The translations under genes were made by a program, and so were the position numbers. This document shows positions 18,042 through 27,609 of a stretch of DNA of 52,112 nt, one piece after another. This DNA comes from Acidobacteriota bacterium (GTDB lineage Bacteria > Acidobacteriota > Aminicenantia > Aminicenantales > UBA4085), in contig JAQULS010000002.1 of NCBI GenBank assembly GCA_028749235.1, positions 1 to 52,112 on the forward strand, given 5' to 3'. How positions within the stretch are numbered: position 1 is the stretch's first letter; each line of letters begins with the position of its first letter. Under the pieces are notes generated by a model that was given only the letters and a program-made list of their open reading frames with translations, had not been told where the DNA came from and did no database searches.

Positions 18042-18908
18042 TCAGCGGTAGTAGATCAGCCCGACCATGATCCCGAGTTCGCGTTCGTCCTTGGACTCGG
18101 GTATGAGCTTGGCCGGAACAAACGGCTTATCGACGCTGATCGTCAGGATAAACTCGTCCTTGTCCCCCACCATCTCCTTCTTAACGGCGTAGGTCTTCTC
18201 GAAGTTCGCCTCTTCCGGGACGAACTCGTCGAACGGCAGGCCGTTGATCTTGAAGGAGATCTTCTGATCCCGGATGAAGTCCTTGATGGTCCCGCCGCGG
18301 ATGACCAGGGTGGCGTCCCGCTTGGGATTGTCCACGACGCAGGTGGCTTCCTTGGCCGTCCAGCGCCACTGCTTCAGCGGGGAGTTCTGGTCGATCTCCA
18401 GGTCGTACCAGCCGCTCTCGTAGATGACCTCCGGGGTTCCGAGCGGCGGCGGCACGACCTTGAGCTTCTTGGACAGGATTTCGCGCTGCGCGTTCCCGCT
18501 CCGGTCGAAGGCATTGTAGAATCCGACGGAAAGGCGGAGCGTTTCTTCGCCCTTGAAGGTGGGGTCGAACTCGTCGATGAACTTGGGGATCAGGATCCGG
18601 CGCTTGAAGACGTATTCCTTACCCGCCTCCCATTTCGAGGTGGGCACATCGGGGGTAAAATCATCCTGGACGATGAGGTTGGCCTTGTGCCAGAAATGGA
18701 CGAAGATGCTGTAATCCCGATCCAGCGGCTTGAAGTCGGCGGACGTTTTCCAGGTGTAGATCACATCGGTGATCAAGTTGTCGGAAAGCTTCGCTTCGCC
18801 GAAACCGACGGCAAGATCCACACCCATGACCGAGGTCTTCTTGTGGCAGGCGAAAGCGGCCGCGGCGACGAGACCGATTACAACGACAAGGCGCAAGCGA
18901 AGTTTCAT
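18042..18908 (-). CDS. Lipoprotein-like hypothetical with C-terminal GWY..E/..RW..RELG domain
   Basis: Signal/lipobox-like LVAAAAFAC. The C-terminal ESGWYDLE...WRWT...RELGIMV domain is also present twice in the 21695 rSAM protein. Confidence 0.65.
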   Translation of the reverse strand: MKLRLRLVVVIGLVAAAAFACHKKTSVMGVDLAVGFGEAKLSDNLITDVIYTWKTSADFKPLDRDYSIFVHFWHKANLIVQDDFTPDVPTSKWEAGKEYVFKRRILIPKFIDEFDPTFKGEETLRLSVGFYNAFDRSGNAQREILSKKLKVVPPPLGTPEVIYESGWYDLEIDQNSPLKQWRWTAKEATCVVDNPKRDATLVIRGGTIKDFIRDQKISFKINGLPFDEFVPEEANFEKTYAVKKEMVGDKDEFILTISVDKPFVPAKLIPESKDERELGIMVGLIYYR

Positions 18909-19029
18909 GGACGTACCTCCTAGGCTGGGCCAGGCGGAATTATAGGTGAACCGGGGAAGGGAGTAAAGCCGGCCGGGGCGGGCGGATTTCGCTTAATAAA
19001 CGGCCTTTTCTGTTATATCATGAGGTTCC

Positions 19030-20025
19030 ATGAAACCGCTCCTGCTCCTTTATTCCCTGGGCTCCCGCCTCGTCTGCCGCGTCCGGCGGGCGCGCCGCGG
19101 GCGGGGCCGGCGGGCGGAGCGGGCGCCGATCCCCGTCATCAGCGTCGGCAACATCACCCTCGGAGGATCCGAAAAGACGCCCTTGGCCATCGATCTCCTG
19201 GGTTTCCTTCTCGGGGCGGGCTTCCGCCCGGCCCTTGTCAGCCGCGGCTACAAAGGCGGTTGGGAGAAAACGGGCGGGACCGTATCCGACGGCCGTTCCC
19301 TGCGAGCGGACGCGGAGAAGGCCGGCGACGAGCCCGTTATGGCCGCTTTAAACGTTCCGCGGGCCGGCGTGTACGTGGGACGGGACCGCCTGGCCTCCTG
19401 CCGCCAAGCCGCCGCGGACGGCTTCGACGTCGCCGTCCTCGATGACGGATTCCAGCACTTCCGGCTGGCTCGCGACTTGGACATCGTCTTGATCCGCCCG
19501 GATTCGGGCCGGATTCTGCGGGAGGGATTTTCCGCCCTCCGCGAGGCCGACATCGTTCTCCACGCCGGAGAAGCGCCGAAGATCCGGGCCGAGGCGGGCC
19601 GGCCGGCGCCGCTGCTTTTCCCCTATCGGACGTCGTCCCGGGGGATTGTGCCTGTCGGCGGCGGAGCAACGGCGAAGCCGCCCGAGACGCCGCCGGGGCC
19701 TGTTTTGGCCTTCTGCGGGATCGCGGGCCCGGAGAGATTCTTCGCCATGCTCGAGTCCCTGGGGATCCGGCCGGCCGCCCGGCTGGTCTTTCCCGATCAT
19801 CATGCCTATCCCGCCAAGACCTTGGACCGGATCGCGACGGCGGCCCGCGGAGCGGCCTGCCGAAGCCTGATCACGACGGAGAAGGACGCGGTCAAGCTGC
19901 GGGGGCGGATCGAGAAGGAAACCGGCCTGCCGGCCCGCTGCCTCAAAATCGGCCTGGATCTTCCGGAAGGATTCTATGCCGCCGTCCGTTCCCGGCTCGG
20001 CCGGGCGGGGAGCTCGGCCCGATGA
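19030..20025 (+). CDS. lpxK: Tetraacyldisaccharide 4'-kinase
   Basis: PVISVGNITLGGSEKTP P-loop-like motif typical of LpxK. Length about 330 aa. Confidence 0.85.
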   Translation: MKPLLLLYSLGSRLVCRVRRARRGRGRRAERAPIPVISVGNITLGGSEKTPLAIDLLGFLLGAGFRPALVSRGYKGGWEKTGGTVSDGRSLRADAEKAGDEPVMAALNVPRAGVYVGRDRLASCRQAAADGFDVAVLDDGFQHFRLARDLDIVLIRPDSGRILREGFSALREADIVLHAGEAPKIRAEAGRPAPLLFPYRTSSRGIVPVGGGATAKPPETPPGPVLAFCGIAGPERFFAMLESLGIRPAARLVFPDHHAYPAKTLDRIATAARGAACRSLITTEKDAVKLRGRIEKETGLPARCLKIGLDLPEGFYAAVRSRLGRAGSSAR

Positions 20026-20924
20026 ATCGAATCGGCGATATCGCCGGGTTCGTTTTTTACAAGCTTTTCGCCTATTCCCTCCGGCTCACGCCCAGGCCGC
20101 TCGCCCTGGCCTTGGGCCGCGCCTTGGGGCGGTTGGTGTATCGGCTCGACGGCAGGCACCGCCGGATCGCCCTCGGCAACCTGGCCATCGCTTTCGGGCG
20201 CGAGAAGAGCCATACCGAGCGGGCGGCGATCGCCCGGGCTTCGTTCGCCGGAGTCGGGGCGACGGCCATCGACACGATCAAGTTCACCGGCTACTCCGTG
20301 GCGCGGATCCGCAGCCTGGTCGATTTCGAGGGCGAGGACAACCTGGTCCGGGCCCTGGCCGAAGGCAAGGGGGTCCTGCTTTTTTCGGCCCATTACGGCA
20401 ATTGGGAGGCCGCTCCCTCCGTCCTCTCCGAGTACGGGCCGGTCTACGCCGTGGCCCGCGCCCTCGACAATCCCCTGATCGAGCGCGATCTTCTCCGTCT
20501 CCGCCATCGGCAGGGGTCGGAAGTCATCTACAAGGCCGGCGCCAGCCGGCACGTCCTGGAGGCTCTGGCCGGGGGCGGGATCGTGGGCATCGTCGTGGAC
20601 CAGAACGTGCTCCGCAAGCGGGCCGTCTTCATCGACTTTTTCGGCAAGCTCGCGGCCACGGCGGCCGGGCCGGCCGTTCTCCATTTCAAATCGGGGGCTC
20701 CGCTGCTGCCCATCTTCTGCCACCCGCGCGGCGGGCGCTATCTCGTACGCATCCTGCCGCCGCTCGACGTTCCGCGGTCGGGCGAGCGCGACGCGGACCT
20801 GTTGAAAACGGTCCGGATCTACACTAAGATGATCGAGCAGGAAATCCGCCGCGAGCCCGAGCCGTGGCTCTGGGTGCACAAGCGCTGGAATACCCGGCCG
20901 GAAAACGAAACGAAGGACGCATGA
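20022..20924 (+). CDS. lpxL: Lipid A biosynthesis (Kdo2-lipid IVA) acyltransferase family protein
   Basis: LpxL/HtrB-like layout (SAHYGNWE, VDQN). 4-nt overlap with lpxK. Confidence 0.7.
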   Translation: MNRIGDIAGFVFYKLFAYSLRLTPRPLALALGRALGRLVYRLDGRHRRIALGNLAIAFGREKSHTERAAIARASFAGVGATAIDTIKFTGYSVARIRSLVDFEGEDNLVRALAEGKGVLLFSAHYGNWEAAPSVLSEYGPVYAVARALDNPLIERDLLRLRHRQGSEVIYKAGASRHVLEALAGGGIVGIVVDQNVLRKRAVFIDFFGKLAATAAGPAVLHFKSGAPLLPIFCHPRGGRYLVRILPPLDVPRSGERDADLLKTVRIYTKMIEQEIRREPEPWLWVHKRWNTRPENETKDA

Positions 20925-21670
20925 GAAGCAACGACCGCGCACTCGACGAAACCCGCCCCATCCGCTTCGAGCTCGACTACCTAGACGTCGCCGACGGTTC
21001 GGCCCTCGTCGAGTGCGGCCGGACCAGGGTCCTGGCCACGGCCACGATCGAGGAGAAAGTCCCGCCGTTCCTCAAGGGAACGGGCTCTGGCTGGGTGACG
21101 GCCGAGTACGCCATGCTGCCGCGGGCCACGGAAAAGCGCACGGTGCGCGAGCGGGTCCAGGGCTGTCCTTCCGGCCGCAGCCAGGAAATCCAGCGCCTGA
21201 TCGGGCGGGCCCTGCGGGCCGTGACCGACCTGCGGGCCTTGGGCGAGCGCCAGATCATCCTGGACTGCGACGTCCTCCAGGCGGACGGCGGCACCCGGGT
21301 GGCCTCGATCAACGCGGCCTGCATCGCCCTGGCCCTGGCCCTCAAGAAGATGATGGACGAGAAGGATCTCGACCAGATGCCTCTGCGCCACCTGGTCGGA
21401 GCGATCAGCGTGGGCATGGTCAAGGAAACGCTCCTGCTCGACCTCGATTACCAGGAAGACTCCTCGGCCGAAGTCGACATGAACGTCGTACAGACCGACC
21501 GCGGCCAGCTCCTGGAAGTCCAGGCCACGGCGGAGCGCAGCCCCTTCTCCCGACATCAGCTGGGAGAGCTTCTGAAGCTGGCCGACAAGGGCATCCACGA
21601 GATCATCGAGATCCAGAAGGATGCCCTCAAGCGCAAGAGTCTGCTGTTCATGGCTTACGGCGAGCGCTAA
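20921..21670 (+). CDS. rph: Ribonuclease PH
   Basis: RSNDRALDETRPIRFELDY...GSALVECGRTRVLATA and GGTRVASI regions. Start at MRSN overlaps the lpxL stop. Confidence 0.93.
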   Translation: MRSNDRALDETRPIRFELDYLDVADGSALVECGRTRVLATATIEEKVPPFLKGTGSGWVTAEYAMLPRATEKRTVRERVQGCPSGRSQEIQRLIGRALRAVTDLRALGERQIILDCDVLQADGGTRVASINAACIALALALKKMMDEKDLDQMPLRHLVGAISVGMVKETLLLDLDYQEDSSAEVDMNVVQTDRGQLLEVQATAERSPFSRHQLGELLKLADKGIHEIIEIQKDALKRKSLLFMAYGER

Positions 21671-21694
21671 GTCGCCCCGGGGGGGCGAGATTCA

Positions 21695-23353
21695 TTGACT
21701 CACCCCATCAGTCGAACGGAGGAGAGCACGCGGACGGCGCCGTCCGTCCGATTCGGGCCCGGCTGGTTCGACTGGGAAAACCAGGATATCGTCCCATTCC
21801 GCTGGATGGGCCGCGAAGCGGACCTTCGCGTCTCCGGCCTCGGCCCTTCCGGCACCTATTGTCTCGCCATCCTCGTCCGGCACCTGTTCGTCGATCAGCC
21901 TTCCCCGCGGCTGGAGGCGTTCGTCGACGGCAGGTCCCTCGGGCCGGCCGTCGTCCCCGGCCGCTTCACGACGCTTCTGTTCCCGTTCACGTCGGTCGGC
22001 GAGGCTTCGTTTTCGCTCCGCTTGGACCGGGCCTACGACGACCCGGCCGGCGGACGCTCCCTGGGCGTCATGGTCCGGTCCGTCGAGGTGATCTCGAGCG
22101 AGACGCAAGAGAGCCCGATCTACGGCGCCGGATGGTACGGCTGGGAAACGGAAGGCGCCGCCTCGTTCCATTGGCTGGCTCGCCGCGGCGAGATCCTGCT
22201 GCCCCGGAAGCAGGTCCGCTCGCATCGCTATCTGACCTTCCCTTTGTTTTTAGGTCTTCACGAAACCGATCAAACGCTGACCCTGTCGTTCGAAGGCCGG
22301 ACCGTCGCGGCCTGGCCGATCATCGAAGGTTGGGGATACTACAGCTTCGACCTGGCGCCCGTCCGGGATCGAGAACGGCCGGAATCCGGCCTCCCGCCCG
22401 TCCTCGAGCTGAGCCTGAACAAGCTCCTTCCCGTAGCATACCATGCCGGAGACGGGCGCGAACTGGGCGCCCGGTTCGGCCCCCTGGAATTCCACGACGA
22501 CGACTCGTGGCACGCGGAATCCGCGTTTTTCCGGGAGAACGCCCGGAAAAACTACGAGGAAATGAAGGCCGGGCAGACCGTGTTGAGCTCGTTTCCCATG
22601 CACCTGGGCATCGATCTTTTCGGCCGCTGCAACATCCACCCGCCCTGCGTTTACTGCACCTGGGACGAAATGAAGGACCTGGAGGCGGGTCTCATCGAAG
22701 CGGTCGTCGACGACTCCACGCTGAAGGGCTACGGCCCTTTTTTCTGGTCGGCCCGGACCCTGGTCAACTGCTCGTTCGGCGAGCCCCTGCTTCATCCCCG
22801 GCTGGGCGAAATCCTGGACCTCTTCGCCGAGCGGAAGAAGTCCGTCGAGCTGTCGTCCAACGGGCAGGCGTTCACCGAGCGGACGATCCGGGCGCTGGTC
22901 GGCCGGCAGGTCAATCTCTATGTCTCCTTGGACGCGGGCCGGCGGGAGACCTACGCCAAGATCCGCAATGATCGCTGGGACGGCATCGTCGCCTGGCTTG
23001 TCCGGCTCAACGAAGAGAGGCGGAAAGCCGGCCGTCTTCCCCGGATCTTCCTGGTTTTCATTCCCCTGCGGGTCAATGCCGCCGATCTGAAGGACTTATT
23101 CCGCCTGGCCGCGCGGATCGAAGCGGACAAGGTCGTCTTGCGCCCGTTGCAATTTCCGGCCAGGCCGAGGGCGCCGCTCGAACGCGGGGGATACCGCTTC
23201 GATTTCGCCCGCGAACCGTTGAGCCGGAAGGAGCTCGAAGCCCTGTTCCGGAAGGCCGAGCGGTATTCCCGGCGATACGGGATTGAAGTGGCCAGTCAAT
23301 TCGATTTCGGCAAACCGGCCCCCCCGGCGGCCGGCGAGGGAGCCGGCGCATGA
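21695..23353 (+). CDS. Radical SAM-like enzyme with two N-terminal GW..WE/..RW domains and no SPASM part
   Basis: CNIHPPCVYC (CX5CX2C, 22628-22657), GEPLL, SSNG and SLD radical-SAM core motifs. Tandem N-terminal repeats GWFDWE..FRW and GWYGWE..FHW. TTG start. Confidence 0.7.
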   Translation: MTHPISRTEESTRTAPSVRFGPGWFDWENQDIVPFRWMGREADLRVSGLGPSGTYCLAILVRHLFVDQPSPRLEAFVDGRSLGPAVVPGRFTTLLFPFTSVGEASFSLRLDRAYDDPAGGRSLGVMVRSVEVISSETQESPIYGAGWYGWETEGAASFHWLARRGEILLPRKQVRSHRYLTFPLFLGLHETDQTLTLSFEGRTVAAWPIIEGWGYYSFDLAPVRDRERPESGLPPVLELSLNKLLPVAYHAGDGRELGARFGPLEFHDDDSWHAESAFFRENARKNYEEMKAGQTVLSSFPMHLGIDLFGRCNIHPPCVYCTWDEMKDLEAGLIEAVVDDSTLKGYGPFFWSARTLVNCSFGEPLLHPRLGEILDLFAERKKSVELSSNGQAFTERTIRALVGRQVNLYVSLDAGRRETYAKIRNDRWDGIVAWLVRLNEERRKAGRLPRIFLVFIPLRVNAADLKDLFRLAARIEADKVVLRPLQFPARPRAPLERGGYRFDFAREPLSRKELEALFRKAERYSRRYGIEVASQFDFGKPAPPAAGEGAGA

Positions 23354-23697
23354 GCGTTCTCTGTCGCGAGCCTTGGGAGCACTTCTATATCCTGAGACGG
23401 GGCATTCTGCCCTGCTGCTACGGAGGCGCCGTCATCGCTCCCATGGCGGATTACGCCGCGGCCTGGAACTCGGCCGAGATGCAGGAGATAAGGCTGTATC
23501 TGAGCCGGGGGGAGCTGAGCCCGTACTGCCTGAACAGCCCGGGCTGCCCCATCGTTCAACGGGTCCAAGCGCGGCGGGCCGCCGGCCTCGCAAGCCCGGC
23601 CGGGATTCCGCCGGGACGCAAGGGCACTCTCGGAGCTCTCCGGCGGCTGTTCCTCGGCCATCCGGACGCCCGATCGCGGGCTGGAAAAAAGCGCTAA
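23350..23697 (+). CDS. Stand-alone SPASM/twitch-like Cys-rich domain protein
   Basis: CREPWEHFYILRRGILPCCYGG ... YCLNSPGCP pattern. ATGA overlap with the preceding rSAM ORF. Confidence 0.6.
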   Translation: MSVLCREPWEHFYILRRGILPCCYGGAVIAPMADYAAAWNSAEMQEIRLYLSRGELSPYCLNSPGCPIVQRVQARRAAGLASPAGIPPGRKGTLGALRRLFLGHPDARSRAGKKR

Positions 23698-23853
23698 GCC
23701 CGGCCGAACAACGAGGACGCTCTCTCCGCCGCTTCAGGGCCAAGCCGGCCGCGCAGCCGCTTGACTTGGCCCGCCGGGACGATAATAATTGGATTTTCCA
23801 TGAACTAGGTCCGCGGAGCCCCCGATGACCGACTGTCCGCCAAGGAGGCCGTG

Positions 23854-25257
23854 ATGTCCCTTCCCTCTATCCTGATCCTGGCCGGCGCCATCCTCGTCGT
23901 CCTGGCCCTGTTCGCGCTTCTGCTCGCCAAGCAGTACAAGAAAGTCGGGCCCAACGAAGCCCTGATCATCTCGGGCCGCAAGAAAACGGTGACGGCACCG
24001 GACGGGACCAAGGTCAAGGTCGGCTACCGCTACCGCCTGGGCGGCGGCACCTTCGTCAGGCCTTTCCTGGAAACCGTCGACACCCTGCCGATGGATGTCG
24101 TGCCGATATCGATCCGGACGCCCGAAGTCCTGACCCACGGCGGCGTCCCCATCCTGGCCGACGCCACGGCCCAGGTCAAGATCGAGTCGACCGAAAGCGC
24201 CGTCGGGATCGCCGCCGAGCAATTCCTGGGCATCGGCAAGGACGGCATCCGCGAGGTCGCCGTCAACGTCCTGGAAGGCCGGATGCGGGAAGTCATCGGG
24301 ACCATGACGGTCGAGGAGATCTACCGCGGCCGGGCCGAGTTCAACGCCAAAGTCATCGCTTCCGCCAAGGCCGATTTCGCCAAGATGGGGCTCGTCCTCC
24401 TGGCTTTCGCCCTCAAGGAGTTTTCCGACAGCCAGGGCTACATCAATTCCCTGAGCAAGCCGCTGATCACCGCGGCCAAGCGCGATGCGGCCATCTCCGA
24501 AGCGGAAGGCGAGAAGGAAGCCGTCATCAAGTCCTCCCAGGCCCGCAAGGAGGCCGAAGTGGCCCGCCTGCAGTCCGAGGCCCAGATCGCCAAGGCCCAG
24601 TGGGAGAACGAGACCAAGAAATCCGAATCGCTGACCCTGGTCAATCAGAAGAAGGCCCAGGCCGACTTCGCCTACGAGCTCGAGCGCCAGCGCTTGGGCC
24701 AGGAGATCAAGCGCGAGGAGGCCAAGGTCCGCCAGGTCGAGAAGGAGCAGGCCATCAAGATCGAAGAGCTGGAGATCCAGCGCCGCGAGAAGGAGCTGCA
24801 GGCCAACGTCATCAAGCCTTCGGACGCCCGCAAATACCAGATCCAATCCGAAGCCGAGGCCGAGGAGTTCCGCATCCAGGCCGAAGCCCGGGGCAAAGCC
24901 GAGGCCGTGAAGCTGGAAGGCCAGGCCGATGCTTCGCGGATCAGGGAGAAGGGGGCGGCCGAGGCCGAGGCCATGCTCAAGAAAGCCCAATCCATGGAGA
25001 AATACGGCGACGCCGCGGTCCTGGAAATGTACATGAAGGTCCTGCCCGACGTCGTCCGAGGCGTGTCCGAGCCGCTGTCCAAGGTGGACAAGATCGTCAT
25101 CGTCGGCGGCGACAAGTCCCTGGGCACGACCAAGGTGACCGGCCAGGTGGCCGAGATCCTGGCCCAGATGCCGGACGTGATCCAATCGCTGACCGGGGCG
25201 GACATCAAGAAATTCCTGAAGGACAAGCTGGCGACCGAAAACAAGCCGGCTAAATAA
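23854..25257 (+). CDS. Flotillin / SPFH (band 7) family protein
   Basis: N-terminal TM helix, an SPFH domain, then a long Ala/Glu/Lys-rich coiled coil (EAEGEKEAVIKSSQARKEAEVARLQSEAQIAKA). AAGGAGG RBS. Confidence 0.85.
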   Translation: MSLPSILILAGAILVVLALFALLLAKQYKKVGPNEALIISGRKKTVTAPDGTKVKVGYRYRLGGGTFVRPFLETVDTLPMDVVPISIRTPEVLTHGGVPILADATAQVKIESTESAVGIAAEQFLGIGKDGIREVAVNVLEGRMREVIGTMTVEEIYRGRAEFNAKVIASAKADFAKMGLVLLAFALKEFSDSQGYINSLSKPLITAAKRDAAISEAEGEKEAVIKSSQARKEAEVARLQSEAQIAKAQWENETKKSESLTLVNQKKAQADFAYELERQRLGQEIKREEAKVRQVEKEQAIKIEELEIQRREKELQANVIKPSDARKYQIQSEAEAEEFRIQAEARGKAEAVKLEGQADASRIREKGAAEAEAMLKKAQSMEKYGDAAVLEMYMKVLPDVVRGVSEPLSKVDKIVIVGGDKSLGTTKVTGQVAEILAQMPDVIQSLTGADIKKFLKDKLATENKPAK

Positions 25258-25284
25258 GCCCGCTCGGCAAGGAGCGGTGAGACC

Positions 25285-27609
25285 ATGGTTTCCGAACGAG
25301 TCAAGCAAATCGGCGCCTCCCCGACGCTGCGCATCGCGGCCAAGGCCAAGGCTCTGAAGGCCGAGGGAATAGACATCGTCGATTTGAGCATCGGCGAGCC
25401 CGACTTCCCGACGCCGGAGTCCATCAAGGCGGCCGGGATCAAGGCCATCCAGGACAACTTCACCAAGTACACCCAGAACGAGGGCACTCCGGCCCTGAAG
25501 AAGGCCATCCTGGCCCGCTTCAAGGAGGACTTCGGGGTGGACTACGCGTCCAACGAAGTCATCGTCTCCTCCGGAGCCAAGAGCTCGCTCTACCACTTGA
25601 TGCTGGCCCTGCTCGACCCCGGCGACGAGGTCATCATCCCCGTCCCTTACTGGGTCACGTATCCCCACCAGGTCAAGCTGGCCAAGGGCAAGCCCGTCCT
25701 GGTCGAGACCAAGGAAGAGGAGGGTTTCGTGCTGACGGCGGAAGCCCTCAAAGCCGCCATCACGCCCGCCACCCGGGCGGTCCTCCTCAATTCGCCGTCC
25801 AATCCGACGGGGGCGGCCTACACCAAGGCCCAGCTCCAGGCTTTGGCCGACGTCGTCCGCGGCGAGGACCTCTACGTCGTCGCCGACGAGATCTACGCCT
25901 CGCTCGTTTACGACGGCTTTCCCTTCACCAGCTTCGCCGCCCTGGGCGAGGATATCAAGAACAAAACGGTCATCATCAACGGCCCCTCCAAGTCCTACTC
26001 CATGACCGGCTGGCGCATCGGCTACGCCTTGGGGCCGGCCGACGTCATCGCCGGCATGGCCAAGATCCAGAGTCACACCACCTCCAACGCGGCCTCGATC
26101 TCCCAACGGGCCACCCAGGAGGCCGTTTCGGGCCCGCAGTTCGAAGTGGCCCGCATGGCCCAGGAGTTCGGCCGCCGGCGCAATTACGCCTTGATGAAGC
26201 TGCAGGCGATTCCGGGCCTGTCCTGCTTCAAGCCGCAGGGAGCCTTCTACCTCTTCCCCAACGTCAAGGCTTTCTACGACAAGGAGTTCAACGGGACGCC
26301 GATTCGGAATTCCAACGGCATGGCCTACTACCTCCTGCGCGAAACCGGAGTGGCCATCGTCCCCGGCGACGCTTTCGGCGCCGACGATTACATCCGGCTG
26401 TCCTACGCCACGTCGATGGAAAACCTGGAGAAAGGGCTGGACCGCATCGCCCGCGCCCTGGCCAAGCTTCAGCCGGCCCGCAAGGCCAAGCGCGTCGCCC
26501 TGGCCAACTATGCGGCCAGGGTCCGCAAGCCCGTCCCGGTTGACGCCGGGATGACGATCGCCGTCCGCGACGGCCTGGTCGCCGAAGCGGAATCGCGCCT
26601 GGGACTGGAGAATGCCTTCGAATGGAACGCGGTCATCAACGGCGTCGTCGTCCAGCTGCGGACCAACGTCGCCCATCTCAATGATTTCTGGATGGACAAT
26701 TGGTATCCGGCCCAGCTCGAGGCCGGCCTGGAGCCGCACGGCGTCATCTACGCCGTGGACGGCATCCCCGGTCGCGAGCCGCGGGCTCTCTACAACACCG
26801 AGACCAAGACCGGCGTCCTGGTCAACTGCGACGCCTACGGTCCCCTGCGCAGCCTGGCCCTGGGGCTGGCGGCCGACGTTGGCGAGCGGTCGTTCGGCAT
26901 CCACCCGGTGCGGGGGATGTCGGTTGACGCGGGCGGGGAAGGGCTGGCCCTGATCGGGCCGCCCGGGACGAAGAAGACGGACCTCTTCTTCGGACTGTTG
27001 CGCGATCCGCGCTACAAGTTCCACGCCGGCGACGTCTTCTTCGTCCGCTACGCGGGCAAGGCCGCCTTGGCCGACGCCGTGGAGCGCAAGGCTTTTTTGC
27101 CGACTTCGACCGTGGAGATCTTCGGCCGGATGGCGGCCCTGTTCGACGGCAGCAAGTGCGAGAACGTCGTCCTGCACAAGGACGACTGCAAAGACGCCGC
27201 ATGCCTGCGCGGCGAGGACTGCCGGCTGGATCGCGGCTCGCCCTTCTGCTACAAGGCGGCCAAGGACGCCCACGGGCTGGTCGATCCCAATTGGATCGCC
27301 GGCGCCCAGGGCGTCGCGCGCCGGACGACGCTGAAAAAGATTGTCCTTTTGCGCAACGACTCCGTCTCGCCGGCCGTGGTGGAGCTTTCGCCCGAGGAGG
27401 CCCTCCACATCCTGGCCGCGGGTGAGAGCCCGGGCATGAAGTCGGGCCTAACGGCCAAGCCGGTGCCCTTCTTCAACCCACATTTGCTCGCGGCGACCGA
27501 AGAGCGAAGGGAACTGCAGCGGGCGGCTTTCCAGAGGCTCCTTCAAAGCGCCCGCGTCTGGCTGTTTAATAGCGGCGCGGCGGGCGTCGATGCTATCAAA
27601 GAGCTATAG
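25285..27609 (+). CDS. Class I PLP aminotransferase (AspAT-like) fused to a ~375-aa C-terminal P-loop-containing domain
   Basis: The N-terminal ~400 aa carries NGPSKSYSMTGWRIGY (PLP lysine). The extension from ~26480 contains GPPGTKKTD (26956-26979). A single uninterrupted frame ends at TAG 27607-27609. Confidence 0.85.
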   Translation: MVSERVKQIGASPTLRIAAKAKALKAEGIDIVDLSIGEPDFPTPESIKAAGIKAIQDNFTKYTQNEGTPALKKAILARFKEDFGVDYASNEVIVSSGAKSSLYHLMLALLDPGDEVIIPVPYWVTYPHQVKLAKGKPVLVETKEEEGFVLTAEALKAAITPATRAVLLNSPSNPTGAAYTKAQLQALADVVRGEDLYVVADEIYASLVYDGFPFTSFAALGEDIKNKTVIINGPSKSYSMTGWRIGYALGPADVIAGMAKIQSHTTSNAASISQRATQEAVSGPQFEVARMAQEFGRRRNYALMKLQAIPGLSCFKPQGAFYLFPNVKAFYDKEFNGTPIRNSNGMAYYLLRETGVAIVPGDAFGADDYIRLSYATSMENLEKGLDRIARALAKLQPARKAKRVALANYAARVRKPVPVDAGMTIAVRDGLVAEAESRLGLENAFEWNAVINGVVVQLRTNVAHLNDFWMDNWYPAQLEAGLEPHGVIYAVDGIPGREPRALYNTETKTGVLVNCDAYGPLRSLALGLAADVGERSFGIHPVRGMSVDAGGEGLALIGPPGTKKTDLFFGLLRDPRYKFHAGDVFFVRYAGKAALADAVERKAFLPTSTVEIFGRMAALFDGSKCENVVLHKDDCKDAACLRGEDCRLDRGSPFCYKAAKDAHGLVDPNWIAGAQGVARRTTLKKIVLLRNDSVSPAVVELSPEEALHILAAGESPGMKSGLTAKPVPFFNPHLLAATEERRELQRAAFQRLLQSARVWLFNSGAAGVDAIKEL

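Noticed and set aside
21013-22971. 652-aa Arg/Pro/Gly-rich ORF on the plus strand
   Set aside because: It is an out-of-frame overlap of rph and the radical SAM gene. Its extreme Arg/Pro content is a GC artefact.
23734-27408. 1224-aa ORF on the minus strand
   Set aside because: It lies antisense to two strongly motif-supported plus-strand genes, the flotillin and the aminotransferase fusion. Its composition is low-complexity Gly/Asp/Leu/Val/Arg, typical of GC-rich antisense frames, and it has no recognisable motif.
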